From contig JAXHVD010000007.1 in NCBI GenBank assembly GCA_034189385.1, positions 64,001 through 128,000 of the forward strand: DNA of 64,000 nucleotides, in the 5' to 3' direction. Positions 49,417 through 58,557 of the stretch are shown piece by piece (position 1 is the first letter of the stretch; each line of letters begins with the position of its first letter). The translations under genes and the position numbers were made by a program. This DNA is from Thermodesulfobacteriota bacterium (GTDB taxonomy: Bacteria > Desulfobacterota > Desulfobacteria > Desulfobacterales > C00003060). The notes under the pieces are model-generated. The model worked only from the letters and a program-made list of their open reading frames with translations, was not told the origin of the DNA and ran no database searches.

Positions 49417-50289
49417 ATGGCAATATCCTTTGAAAAGGCACTGACATCAGGCAAGTTTTTGGCCACGGCAAGTGTGGACCCCCCCAAGGGGACAGCCCTT
49501 GAAGGCTTAGGCCAGCTTCTGGAAAGACTAAAAGGGGTGGTGGACGGCCTTGGGGTTTCTGACAACCATCAGGGGATCATGTGCATGAGCCCTTGGGCTG
49601 TGTGTAAACTGGCTCTGGAGGCGGGTCTGGAGCCCATCATGCACATGACCTGCCGGGATCGAAACCGGCTGGCGCTGCAGTCCGACCTCTTGGCAGCCGC
49701 TTCCTTAGGCATCAAGAATTTACTTTGTGTAAGCGGTGACCACGTTCGCTTTGGCGATCACGTTGACGCCAAGCCCGTTCATGACATTGATTCTGTTCAC
49801 CTTCTTGCAGCGGCGAAGGGCCTGGCAGAAGGAAAAGACATGGCCGGCAATGCCTTGGAGGCTGCTCCGACGCTCTTTCTTGGTGCTGTGGCCAACCCCG
49901 AAGCCGATCCCTTGGAGCCCCAGTTGATGAAGGTGGACAAGAAGATAAGGGCCGGGGCCTCGTTTCTCATCACCCATCCGGTCTTTAACATGGAAAACCT
50001 CAAGAGATTTATGGAACAGGTGAAAAAGAGCCCTGTGAAGGTCTTGGTGGGCATACGGTTGCTCGATCCTGAAGAGATAGCAACCTACAGGAATGGCGGC
50101 TGTCCTGGGCTCTTTGTTCCGGAGATGGTCCTTGAAGAGATCCAGGGGGCTGGCATAGAAAAATGTACAGAGATGGCAGCGGCCGCTGTCAAGGAGATCA
50201 AGGGCGCCAACCTGTGTGACGGGGTGCATGTCGTGGCGCCTGGGCACGAGGAAAGGATTCCAGAGATTCTAAAGGCTGGAGGGGTCTAA
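49417..50289 (+). CDS. metF: Methylenetetrahydrofolate reductase MetF
   Basis: PPKG, MTCRDRNRLALQSDLL, SGDH, KKIRAGA, GVH; start 49417 or 49408. Confidence 0.9.
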   Translation: MAISFEKALTSGKFLATASVDPPKGTALEGLGQLLERLKGVVDGLGVSDNHQGIMCMSPWAVCKLALEAGLEPIMHMTCRDRNRLALQSDLLAAASLGIKNLLCVSGDHVRFGDHVDAKPVHDIDSVHLLAAAKGLAEGKDMAGNALEAAPTLFLGAVANPEADPLEPQLMKVDKKIRAGASFLITHPVFNMENLKRFMEQVKKSPVKVLVGIRLLDPEEIATYRNGGCPGLFVPEMVLEEIQGAGIEKCTEMAAAAVKEIKGANLCDGVHVVAPGHEERIPEILKAGGV

Positions 50290-50317
50290 ACAGTGGAACA
50301 CGTCCGGGGAGCATTTT

Positions 50318-51607
50318 TTGAAGCAGGGTAGCAGGGAGCATTTGGCGAATCACAGCCCGAAGAAGGTTCTGGTCATTGGTGGCGGCATCGCTGGTCTCTC
50401 CGCAGCATGGGAGCTTGCGCGGCTCGCTATTGATGTGGACATTGTGGAAAAGGGCCCCTTTCTTGGCGGCCATGCCATTGGGTTTTGCTGCAAGGCTACA
50501 GACGAGTGTCAGAAGTGCGGCGCATGCTCGGTGACAGCAAGGCTTCTGGAGGTGGTCCAGGAACCTAGGATCACCGTTCACCTCAGGTCGGAGCTGAAAA
50601 GCGTCACCAGAAACAGCACCCATCGTTACGTCCTTTCGCAACGTCCCCTCTACATCGATCCGGACAGATGCACAAACTGCGGGCTCTGTTTTGATAAGTG
50701 CCCGGCGGCCGGGGCCATCGTCCGGGGATATGCCAGGAGTGATGGGTCCCTGTTCGCCATTGATGAAGCCCACTGTCTGCATTTTAAAGACGCAAGCTGC
50801 AGACTCTGTCAGGACGAATGCCCTGAGCAGGCCATTGATCTGGACCAGAGCGCGAGGCAGGTCTCTGGTGAGGCAGACGCTATCATCGTGGCCACTGGAT
50901 TTCAGGTCTTTGATGCCAAGGCCAGACCCCGATACGGCTACGGCATCAACCGGAACGTGATTACTGCCCTGGAACTGGAGCGGATGCTCAGAGACAAGGC
51001 ACAGGTCTTGCGCCCCTCAGACAACAAGGCTCCAAAGACAATCGCCTTTATCCAGTGCGTGGGAAGCCGTGATCACCAGCTACACCACGGGTTTTGTTCA
51101 CAAGTGTGTTGTGGCTACGCCATGCGCATGGCCGAGGCCATCAGCCACCGTGATCCCGGGGTGCAGATCTCCATCTTCTACATGGATATGCAAAACTGCG
51201 GAAAGAATTTCTCTACCTTCTATGAAAGGTGCAAAGAGCATATTCGCTTCGTGCGGTTCATGCCCGGGGACCTATTTCAAGAAGAAGGCGACCAGGTCAC
51301 CCTGTGCTATGCCACGGAAAGAGACGGGCGTCCTATGAAAGAGCCCTTTGATCTTGTGGTCCTTTCAGTGGGGATTATGCCTGGGGCGAGCAATGTGAGA
51401 CTGGCCCATATGCTGCAACTTGATCTTGACAAGCACGGTTTTTTTGCCTTCACAGATCCTATGGACAAGACAACCACAAAGCAAGACGGCATTTTTCTGG
51501 CAGGAACAGCCCAGGGACCAAAGGATATCGCCGATTCCATGGGTCAGGCAGGCCAGGCGGCCCAACGGGCAGCCCAATACCTGGGGGTGACGGCATGCCT
51601 GAAGTAG
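50318..51607 (+). CDS. HdrA/QmoA-like FAD-FeS protein
   Basis: GGGIAG, CKATDECQKCGAC, inserted ferredoxin, QCVGSRD, CSQVCC, GPKDIADS. Confidence 0.85.
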   Translation: MKQGSREHLANHSPKKVLVIGGGIAGLSAAWELARLAIDVDIVEKGPFLGGHAIGFCCKATDECQKCGACSVTARLLEVVQEPRITVHLRSELKSVTRNSTHRYVLSQRPLYIDPDRCTNCGLCFDKCPAAGAIVRGYARSDGSLFAIDEAHCLHFKDASCRLCQDECPEQAIDLDQSARQVSGEADAIIVATGFQVFDAKARPRYGYGINRNVITALELERMLRDKAQVLRPSDNKAPKTIAFIQCVGSRDHQLHHGFCSQVCCGYAMRMAEAISHRDPGVQISIFYMDMQNCGKNFSTFYERCKEHIRFVRFMPGDLFQEEGDQVTLCYATERDGRPMKEPFDLVVLSVGIMPGASNVRLAHMLQLDLDKHGFFAFTDPMDKTTTKQDGIFLAGTAQGPKDIADSMGQAGQAAQRAAQYLGVTACLK

Positions 51608-53292
51608 CGTCGCTGTCTGGTCAAGGGGCCCCCATGGAAGAGATCCCCATGGATACGACTGTCCTCATCATTGGGGGCGGATGGATCGGGATTAAGGTGG
51701 CCCAAGAGCTGATCGACATGGGCTATGGCGTTGTGCTGGCAGAGAGTGGCACCGCTATGGGAGGAGAACCCTCTGGGCATCCGTGGGCATCTGTGAAGAA
51801 AAAAGACCTCACAGCCCTTCTGGACAGTGTCAAAGAAGCCGACGGGATAGAGATTCTGACTGCCGCGACCCTCGTCTCTCTGACCGGGGTGCCAGGCCGC
51901 TTTCAGGCCCGCTTCGAACAAGGGGGCGAGTCCTTTGAGAGGGCTGTGGGCGCAGTAGTCGTGGCACTTGAAACGCAAAGGGTGTCGCTTGCCGAGGCCT
52001 ATGGGCTACGGGGGGATGAAAACATCCTCACCCAGTCCCAACTTGAACATGTCTGTGCCTCTGGTAACGGAGAAGCCCCGCTTTTCGGCGGTGGATCTAA
52101 GGATGTACTCTTTTTGGTGGGGCTCCAGCAGGAAGGGAACCCCGTGGTCATGGAACGGGCCATTCAGAGCGCCCTCCAGGTACAGGATAACGAAGGGCTT
52201 CAGGCAACGATTCTGGTTGGAAATGTGAAGCTGGCGCAGCATGGCCTGGAGACCCTTTATAAGGAAAGCCGAGAAAAGGGGGTGCTCTATTTCAAGCTCA
52301 GGGAAACTCCCCATATCAAACAGAATGGCGCCGATGTCTCTATCTCATTCTTCGACAATGTCATCCATGATCAGGTGGTGCTTAGGCCTGACGTGCTCGT
52401 GGTTGAAGAGGCCATTCGTCCTCATCCCCAGGCGTCGGAGGTGGCACAGGCCCTTGGGATTGTTAGGGACGGGGAGGGGTTCCTCCAGCCAGACAATGTG
52501 CACTTTCTTTCCACCCGCTCTAACAGGGAAGGGATCTACGTAGTTGGTCCGGCCCGCCTGCCTTCCAGCCTTGCCCAAGGGTGGAAAGACGCCCAAAACG
52601 CTGTGCTGGAAATTTGGCAATTACTGGGAAAGGGTAAAAGGGTCGTCCCTAAGGAAAAGGCAACAATTCACAGGGGCAAATGTACGATCTGTCTCACCTG
52701 TTTCAGGGTATGTCCTCACGGCGCCATCTATTGGGACAACCGGGCTGTCATATCACCGACAGCCTGTCAGGGCTGCGGCATCTGTGCCAGCGAATGCCCC
52801 ATGGATGCCATTCAGCTTGTGGACTTCAGGGATGATCAGATAGAAGACCAGATTTTGCAGGGGACCGCTACCAGTGTGGACGGGCCGCAGATGATCGCCT
52901 TCTGCTGCCAGAACTCTGCCTACGAGGCGGCTCAGATGGCCCGTATGACAGGGGACCCCCTGCCAAAGGGGCTTAAAATCATCCAGGTGCCTTGTGCCGG
53001 CAAGGTGGATGTGGACTATATCCTCACTGCCTTTAAGGCCGGCGTAGACGGGGTCCTGGTCTTGGCCTGTCATAAGGATAACTGCAAGTCGCAGCAAGGC
53101 AATACTTTTGCCCAGTGGCGCGTGGAGCACGCCAGAAGAATGCTTGAAGAAAGCGGACTAGAACAGGAACGTCTCCTTTTTGCCACGATGGCATCCAACA
53201 TGCCTATAGAGTTTGTGCGTATCACAAAGGGGATGGAAGACAAGCTCAACCAACTGGGACACAACCCCATAAGAAAAGGGGCCGCTGCATAG
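51595..53292 (+). CDS. HdrA-like/ferredoxin/MvhD fusion (QmoB-like architecture)
   Basis: GGGWIG, CTICLTCFRVCP, CQGCGICASECP, AFCCQNSAY, VPCAGKV, LACHKDNC. Confidence 0.85.
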   Translation: MPEVASLSGQGAPMEEIPMDTTVLIIGGGWIGIKVAQELIDMGYGVVLAESGTAMGGEPSGHPWASVKKKDLTALLDSVKEADGIEILTAATLVSLTGVPGRFQARFEQGGESFERAVGAVVVALETQRVSLAEAYGLRGDENILTQSQLEHVCASGNGEAPLFGGGSKDVLFLVGLQQEGNPVVMERAIQSALQVQDNEGLQATILVGNVKLAQHGLETLYKESREKGVLYFKLRETPHIKQNGADVSISFFDNVIHDQVVLRPDVLVVEEAIRPHPQASEVAQALGIVRDGEGFLQPDNVHFLSTRSNREGIYVVGPARLPSSLAQGWKDAQNAVLEIWQLLGKGKRVVPKEKATIHRGKCTICLTCFRVCPHGAIYWDNRAVISPTACQGCGICASECPMDAIQLVDFRDDQIEDQILQGTATSVDGPQMIAFCCQNSAYEAAQMARMTGDPLPKGLKIIQVPCAGKVDVDYILTAFKAGVDGVLVLACHKDNCKSQQGNTFAQWRVEHARRMLEESGLEQERLLFATMASNMPIEFVRITKGMEDKLNQLGHNPIRKGAAA

Positions 53293-53373
53293 CGGGCCAA
53301 AAATCTCACTTGCCTTCAGAAGAGGTGACTTGTCCTCGCTCCGGCCTTGAAGCGGGTGGAGGGGAAATCCGGC

Positions 53374-53808
53374 CTAGGAGACTTCTGTTTTCTTGAGCTC
53401 AGGGTTGGCTTCTATAAGGCGTGAGGCAATCTGTTCACATCTGTAGACCTGGCACTCTTGTTCAATCTTCCTGAGCTCTTCCACAAAGGAAGGCGGGACG
53501 TAGCCCTCTGCCAGGGCGATCTTCTGAAGGACCTCCATGATCTGTTTGAATCTCACATCCTGGGGGCACACAACTGTGCAGGTGTTGCAAAGGGCACAGT
53601 ACCATATAGCAGTATTTCCCAGAAGCTCATCCTTGTAGCCGAGGTTGATCATCCGGATAAACCTTCTCGGGTCAAAGTTTGTAACAGCCTGATGGACAGG
53701 ACATGCTGCGGAGCACGTCCCGCAGGTGTCGCAATTGGTGGGGAGCCTCCCCTCCAAATACTGGGCGATTTTGAACTTGAAGCTCTTGTCGATTGCAGGT
53801 TCTGCCAC
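53374..53808 (-). CDS. HdrC-like 2x[4Fe-4S] protein
   Basis: CDTCGTCSAACP, IWYCALCNTCTVVCPQDV; GTG start after AGGAGG. Confidence 0.85.
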   Translation of the reverse strand: MAEPAIDKSFKFKIAQYLEGRLPTNCDTCGTCSAACPVHQAVTNFDPRRFIRMINLGYKDELLGNTAIWYCALCNTCTVVCPQDVRFKQIMEVLQKIALAEGYVPPSFVEELRKIEQECQVYRCEQIASRLIEANPELKKTEVS

Positions 53809-53841
53809 GAGCGTCTCCTCCTGAGATTCGATTTTGGCCGA

Positions 53842-53870
53842 ACTATACATGACGAGGAGAGGGCTGTCAA
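53842..53870 (-). promoter_or_regulatory. Sigma70 promoter of the hdrC-like gene
   Basis: Minus strand TTGACA-N17-TATAGT with extended TG. Confidence 0.65.
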
Positions 53871-54064
53871 TTTTGAACAGACCCATTGCCACGTTCTTTG
53901 CCAAGACCCCACCGGCCAGCCACTGCGGGGCCTTTTTGGTCAAATCATGACGCGGTCGTGCGGCGGTCCTTGCCCGAAGACCCGAAGGGGAAGGGTGCGG
54001 GAGCCCCAGTGCCATGGATGCAGTTCCTCATGGCGAGGGAAAGAAAAAATTAGGAAAAAATTCA

Positions 54065-54093
54065 TTGCTTAATGCCGCTCTGTCGTGTATAAT
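54065..54093 (+). promoter_or_regulatory. Sigma70 promoter of rpsU
   Basis: TTGCTT-N17-TATAAT. Confidence 0.6.
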
Positions 54094-54181
54094 ACTAAAT
54101 TCGGGCAATGAGCACAAACAAGCATCGAGGTTTTCCGGGCATTCACGAAAAACCAGCGATGAAGAGAAAGGGGCGATACAC

Positions 54182-54403
54182 TTGAGGGAGTTTAGTAGCT
54201 TAGAGGTCAAGGTCGTTGACAATGACCTTGAACGGGCTATGAAGGTGCTGAAAAAGAAGATACAAAACGATGGCCTTTTTAGACGACTGAAGCTCAAGAA
54301 GAGCTACGAAAAACCGAGCGAATACCGTCGTCGCAAACGTCGGGAAAGTGAAAGAAGGCATAGAATAGCCCGCCTAAAGAGCCGCAGATACTCGCGGTTT
54401 TAG
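54182..54403 (+). CDS. rpsU: 30S ribosomal protein S21
   Basis: EVKVVDNDLERAMKVLKKK...YEKPSEYRRRK; TTG start inferred. Confidence 0.9.
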   Translation: MREFSSLEVKVVDNDLERAMKVLKKKIQNDGLFRRLKLKKSYEKPSEYRRRKRRESERRHRIARLKSRRYSRF

Positions 54404-54423
54404 TCCGTTCCTGTTATCATTTG

Positions 54424-54452
54424 AGCCCGGTCATTTGACCGGGCTTTTTTTT
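54424..54452 (+). terminator. Intrinsic terminator of rpsU
   Basis: AGCCCGGTCA-TT-TGACCGGGCT followed by a T run. Confidence 0.85.
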
Positions 54453-54722
54453 CGCCACGCCAGCGCTTCATCTCTCTCCACTCATTCCAACAAGCCTTAT
54501 AGCCCTGCCCAAAGCCAAGGCGTCACTCCACCTATTCGGGGAGCAGACAATAGAAAACCGTCAAAGAGGCACTGAAAGGGCAGACTTGGGACGGCTGTGA
54601 AGGGATATATTGGAAGAGGCATGGTCTCCCCGGCTGGGCAGAGGTGACACCATCGTCAGCACTGAAGGCCGCTGGGTGTTTTCTATTCGTCGTCACGATG
54701 TTTTGTGCTATAGGAAAACCCC

Positions 54723-56966
54723 ATGGTTTTCAGGAGATACCTTTTGGCCATGACCCTTGTTTTGGCGCTTTGCAGATGGTGGGGATCCTTGGACTCCTTG
54801 TGTCTTGGTGGGGAGGGCAGCCTTCCATATCGCCTGAAAGCAGACACCGTAAGCTACGATGATGCCACAAAGACCTATCGGGCTGAGGGGAACGTCACAG
54901 TCAGCAGAGGCGATCAGTCCTTGCATGCAGACGCCGTGGGGCTTAATCGGGAGACCAAGGAGGTCACGGCATGGGGAGCGGTGCGGTTTGTCTCGGGGTC
55001 CGATTGGTTGACAGGCAGCCGGCTTGAGGCAAATCTAGAGACTGGGATCGGCACTGTTTATGATGGAACCCTCTTTATCGAGGAGAGTAGTCTCTACGTG
55101 GGCGGAGATGAGATTCAGAAGACAGGCAAGGATTCTTATTATGTGAGGGACGCTCGATTCACCACCTGCCATGGAGAGTCGCCTGACTGGGAGATCACAG
55201 GCAAGGACTTAACGGTGACTCTGGAAGGGTATGGCAAGGTGAAACATGCCGCTTTTCGGGCAAGATCGATCCCTGTCCTTTACGTGCCTTTCCTCGTCTT
55301 TCCCGCAAAGACAAAACGTCAGAGTGGGCTGCTTGTACCGGAAATGGGGTATTCCGATAACATGGGCTTTGAGTTCGCCCAGCCCTTTTTCTGGGCCATT
55401 GGTGAGAGCAGCGACGCCACCTTTTATGAGCACTTCATGGCCCATCGCGGACTGAAGCAGGGGCTTGAATATCGCTACATAGTGGCGCCAGCAACCAAGG
55501 GAGCGGTGATGTTTGATTTTCTTCGGGACAGGAAGATCGATGAAAACGTGGGTTCGAAAGACTCCCCCACCACCGGCTTTGAAGGATTCAGTGGGGACGA
55601 GGAGGACAGGACCAATAGAGACCGTTGGTGGCTCAGGCTAAAGAGCGATCACGAGCTTCCAGGCCAATTTAGGGCAAAACTCGATTTGGACCTTGTGAGC
55701 GACCAAGATTATCTGCGCGAGTTCTACAGGGGGTATTCAGGCTACAAGGACTCTGACGAAGACTTCCTCAAAGAATTTGGCAGGGGGCTTGAGGATCGCA
55801 CTGAGACGGTTCGGCGGAACCAGTTGAACGTCAACAGAACATGGGCCCAATACGCCCTGAACGCGGACATTGTCTGGTACGATGATGTGATCATACGAAA
55901 GGAGCACAATCCAGACCCAACACTCCAGATGCTGCCGCACCTCCAGTTTGCCCGTTCCAGGCAGGAGCTGGGTGGTTCCCATCTTCAACTCCGTGTTGAC
56001 TCTTCGTATGACTATCTCTGGCGGGATGAGGGCACCAAGGGGCACTGGGCTGATGTTCATCCCCGTGTGTACTGTCCAGTGACCCTGTTCAGTTGGCTCG
56101 ATGTGGATCCTTCTGTTGGCGTCCGCCAAACCCTTTGGCAAGTGGAAGAATATGACGGCCAAGGGCCGGGCAAAGAAGATCATTTCCACTCTCAGACCCT
56201 TTTTTATGTTGCGGCCGATCTGTCAACAGAACTCTCCAGGGTCTTTCACGTAAACGGCAAATCTCCCCACAAGATAAGGCATGCCATCAGGCCCCAGGTG
56301 GTTTACGAATACGCCCCCGTCTCAGAAGAAGAGGACTATCCCTATTTCGAAGAAGGGGACACCATGGCCGACAAGCATGTGGTGACCTATTCTGTGACCA
56401 ATACCTTTGCGACAAAGACCGCTGAAGGGCCCCTTTCAGGGATCGGTCCAGATAGGCATGTCGGTCAGTCCCGTTTCTACGACTTGTGTCGAATCAAACT
56501 GACACAAAGCTATGATATTCGAAAGGCCCGGGGTCACAAGGACCCTGGGAGAAGAAGACCCTTTTCTGATATTGAGGGCGAGGTCGAATTCACTCTGTCG
56601 CCCTACATAGACCTTGATGCAGATGTGGCTTGGTCCCCCTATGAAAGTGATTTCACAAGCTATAACGTTTTGTTGGCCCTTGCCAATGACCGGGGAGACG
56701 CCGCCGCATTAGACTATCGATATACAAAGGGTGGCACTAGGACTATTCTGGCAGCAGTTGATGTGAAGATCTCTGGTCCTTTTTCTGCTTACGGCGAGTT
56801 GGAACGAGACCTCAGGGAAGGGCAGTCGGTAGATGCAGCGCTAGGATTGAGGTATGAACGCCAGTGCTGGTCCTTGGACCTCGGCTTTGCCCATGACGGG
56901 GCCATTGACTCTGAAGAATGCTTTGTCGAGATAAGCCTACACGGCCTGGGGAACGTCGGGGGATAA
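54723..56966 (+). CDS. lptD: LPS-assembly protein LptD
   Basis: OstA-like N-terminus (AEGNV, FTTC...PDW), RQSGLLVP, QCWS, C-terminal LHGLG. Confidence 0.88.
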   Translation: MVFRRYLLAMTLVLALCRWWGSLDSLCLGGEGSLPYRLKADTVSYDDATKTYRAEGNVTVSRGDQSLHADAVGLNRETKEVTAWGAVRFVSGSDWLTGSRLEANLETGIGTVYDGTLFIEESSLYVGGDEIQKTGKDSYYVRDARFTTCHGESPDWEITGKDLTVTLEGYGKVKHAAFRARSIPVLYVPFLVFPAKTKRQSGLLVPEMGYSDNMGFEFAQPFFWAIGESSDATFYEHFMAHRGLKQGLEYRYIVAPATKGAVMFDFLRDRKIDENVGSKDSPTTGFEGFSGDEEDRTNRDRWWLRLKSDHELPGQFRAKLDLDLVSDQDYLREFYRGYSGYKDSDEDFLKEFGRGLEDRTETVRRNQLNVNRTWAQYALNADIVWYDDVIIRKEHNPDPTLQMLPHLQFARSRQELGGSHLQLRVDSSYDYLWRDEGTKGHWADVHPRVYCPVTLFSWLDVDPSVGVRQTLWQVEEYDGQGPGKEDHFHSQTLFYVAADLSTELSRVFHVNGKSPHKIRHAIRPQVVYEYAPVSEEEDYPYFEEGDTMADKHVVTYSVTNTFATKTAEGPLSGIGPDRHVGQSRFYDLCRIKLTQSYDIRKARGHKDPGRRRPFSDIEGEVEFTLSPYIDLDADVAWSPYESDFTSYNVLLALANDRGDAAALDYRYTKGGTRTILAAVDVKISGPFSAYGELERDLREGQSVDAALGLRYERQCWSLDLGFAHDGAIDSEECFVEISLHGLGNVGG

Positions 56967-56991
56967 AGATCTTGATGTTGGGTAACAGGCC

Positions 56992-57516
56992 ATGAGTGAC
57001 TCTGAAACGCATCGTCCCTGGTATGTGCTACATACCCGCAGCCGCTTTGAACAGGTCGTCTTTGACGGTCTCGACAGAAAGTCCCTAGAGGCCTTTCTTC
57101 CAAAGATGACGGTCATGAGCAAGCGCCGTGACCGCCGCCTGAAGATACGGGTTCCCCTCTTTGCTGGGTATGTCTTTGTAAAAAGCGATCTCAATCCCTA
57201 TGAGCGCCTTGAGATTGTTAAGACCACAGGTGTTGTCCGCATTGTGGGAAACAAGGACGGCCCCCTGCCTGTGCTGGACGAGGCTATCGACTCTCTTCAA
57301 ATCATGGTCTCTGGCGACAACCCCATCGTCACTGGTACGCGACTCAGAAAAGGGGAAAGAGTCATGGTTGTGGACGGCCCCTTTGCCGGTGTGACTGGTG
57401 TCTTTGTTAGATACCGCGGTCAGGGACGGGTGGTGGTGTCCATTGAGGCGTTGGGGCAATACGCTGCAGTCGATGTGGCTGAAGAGCATCTGGAGAGGCT
57501 CCCATCTTTCGCATAG
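56992..57516 (+). CDS. UpxY/RfaH-like NusG-paralog transcription antiterminator
   Basis: WYVLHTRSRFE, PLFAGYVFV, KOW motif GERVMVVDGPFAG. Confidence 0.85.
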   Translation: MSDSETHRPWYVLHTRSRFEQVVFDGLDRKSLEAFLPKMTVMSKRRDRRLKIRVPLFAGYVFVKSDLNPYERLEIVKTTGVVRIVGNKDGPLPVLDEAIDSLQIMVSGDNPIVTGTRLRKGERVMVVDGPFAGVTGVFVRYRGQGRVVVSIEALGQYAAVDVAEEHLERLPSFA

Positions 57517-57546
57517 CGTCGCAAAGTACACAGTGGCTCTGGGCCT

Positions 57547-58119
57547 CTATGCTTCAACGGGAGCCTTCAAGTGCGGAAGCATGGCCTTGAATTCAGACAG
57601 GTCACTCCTTTTCATGACTTCGAAAATAACCATTTCCGTGCTGCTGATGACAGCCCCCGCCTGCTTCATGCGGTCCAGTCCGATCTGCCAGTTCCAAGGC
57701 GTTCGCGACGAGACAGCGTCTGAGGCCACATGGACGTTGTAGCCTGCCTCCAAGGCCCCCAGGGCTGTCTGGGCCACACAGATGTGACTTTCTATCCCCG
57801 ATAGGACCAAGGTGTTTCTTGAAGTGCTGATTTGTTCTAGGTGTTTTAGAAATATCGGATTGCTGAAACACCCGAATTCCACTTTGTCAATAGGGGATTG
57901 ACCGGGAATCTCCCTGGCGATCTCTTCCACAATGGGACCGATCCCTTTTTCATATTGCGTGGTCACGACCATGGGAAGGTCCATGATACGGGCAAACCTT
58001 GCCAAAAGGATGGTGTTGGCTGTTACGCGTTCTGGCTGAAAGACTTTTGGCAGAAGCTTCTCCTGGGGGTCGATGATCAGCAGAACAGAATTCTCTTGTG
58101 ACAATATGGGTGGACCCAT
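57547..58119 (-). CDS. Isochorismatase-family hydrolase
   Basis: IIDPQEKL, TTQYEKGIG, GIESHICVAQT, DAVSSR. Confidence 0.88.
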   Translation of the reverse strand: MGPPILSQENSVLLIIDPQEKLLPKVFQPERVTANTILLARFARIMDLPMVVTTQYEKGIGPIVEEIAREIPGQSPIDKVEFGCFSNPIFLKHLEQISTSRNTLVLSGIESHICVAQTALGALEAGYNVHVASDAVSSRTPWNWQIGLDRMKQAGAVISSTEMVIFEVMKRSDLSEFKAMLPHLKAPVEA

Positions 58120-58338
58120 CCCTTTACTCCCTCTTTTCCGTCGCTCCATTTCTTGTGATTACACATGGGGCCTTTTCTGATAGTATAGACTCACAAGGAT
58201 GTCAACGCACAGTCAACTCAGGTCTGTCAAAAAGAGGAGCCACAGTCACTGTGCAGCCGGCGGGCCCCAAAACTCTCCGCCTGCGGCGGATCAGACAATT
58301 TGGCCCTTTCTGCCAGGCAATACCTCCGCTCGGCGGCG

Positions 58339-58438
58339 TTGCACCGAATAAGCAAGCGCATTCTCCACAGGAGAGCTACCGCAGCCCCTGTGGTTTGACC
58401 TTGACGAGCTCAGTCAAGTCGCCACGGGGAGGGTTCAA
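58339..58438 (+). repeat. Dispersed modular palindromic repeat, copy 4
   Basis: TTGCACCGAATAAGCAAGCGCATT...CCACGGGGAGGGTTCAA, with an inserted TTGAC...GAGCTCAGTCAA hairpin. Confidence 0.8.
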
Positions 58439-58557
58439 TGGAACTTGAAAAAAAGTATCAACCTTTTTAGGGTCAGATCAAAACCCCGTCCTTTTGGCGA
58501 GGATTCATCACTTTTCGCAGGAACGTCTGAGATACGACACTGGCTGCAGCTATCGTC

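Noticed and set aside
50318..53292. Calling these genes qmoA/qmoB of sulfate reduction
   Set aside because: No aprAB, sat or qmoC nearby; context is metVF and key cluster ligands differ
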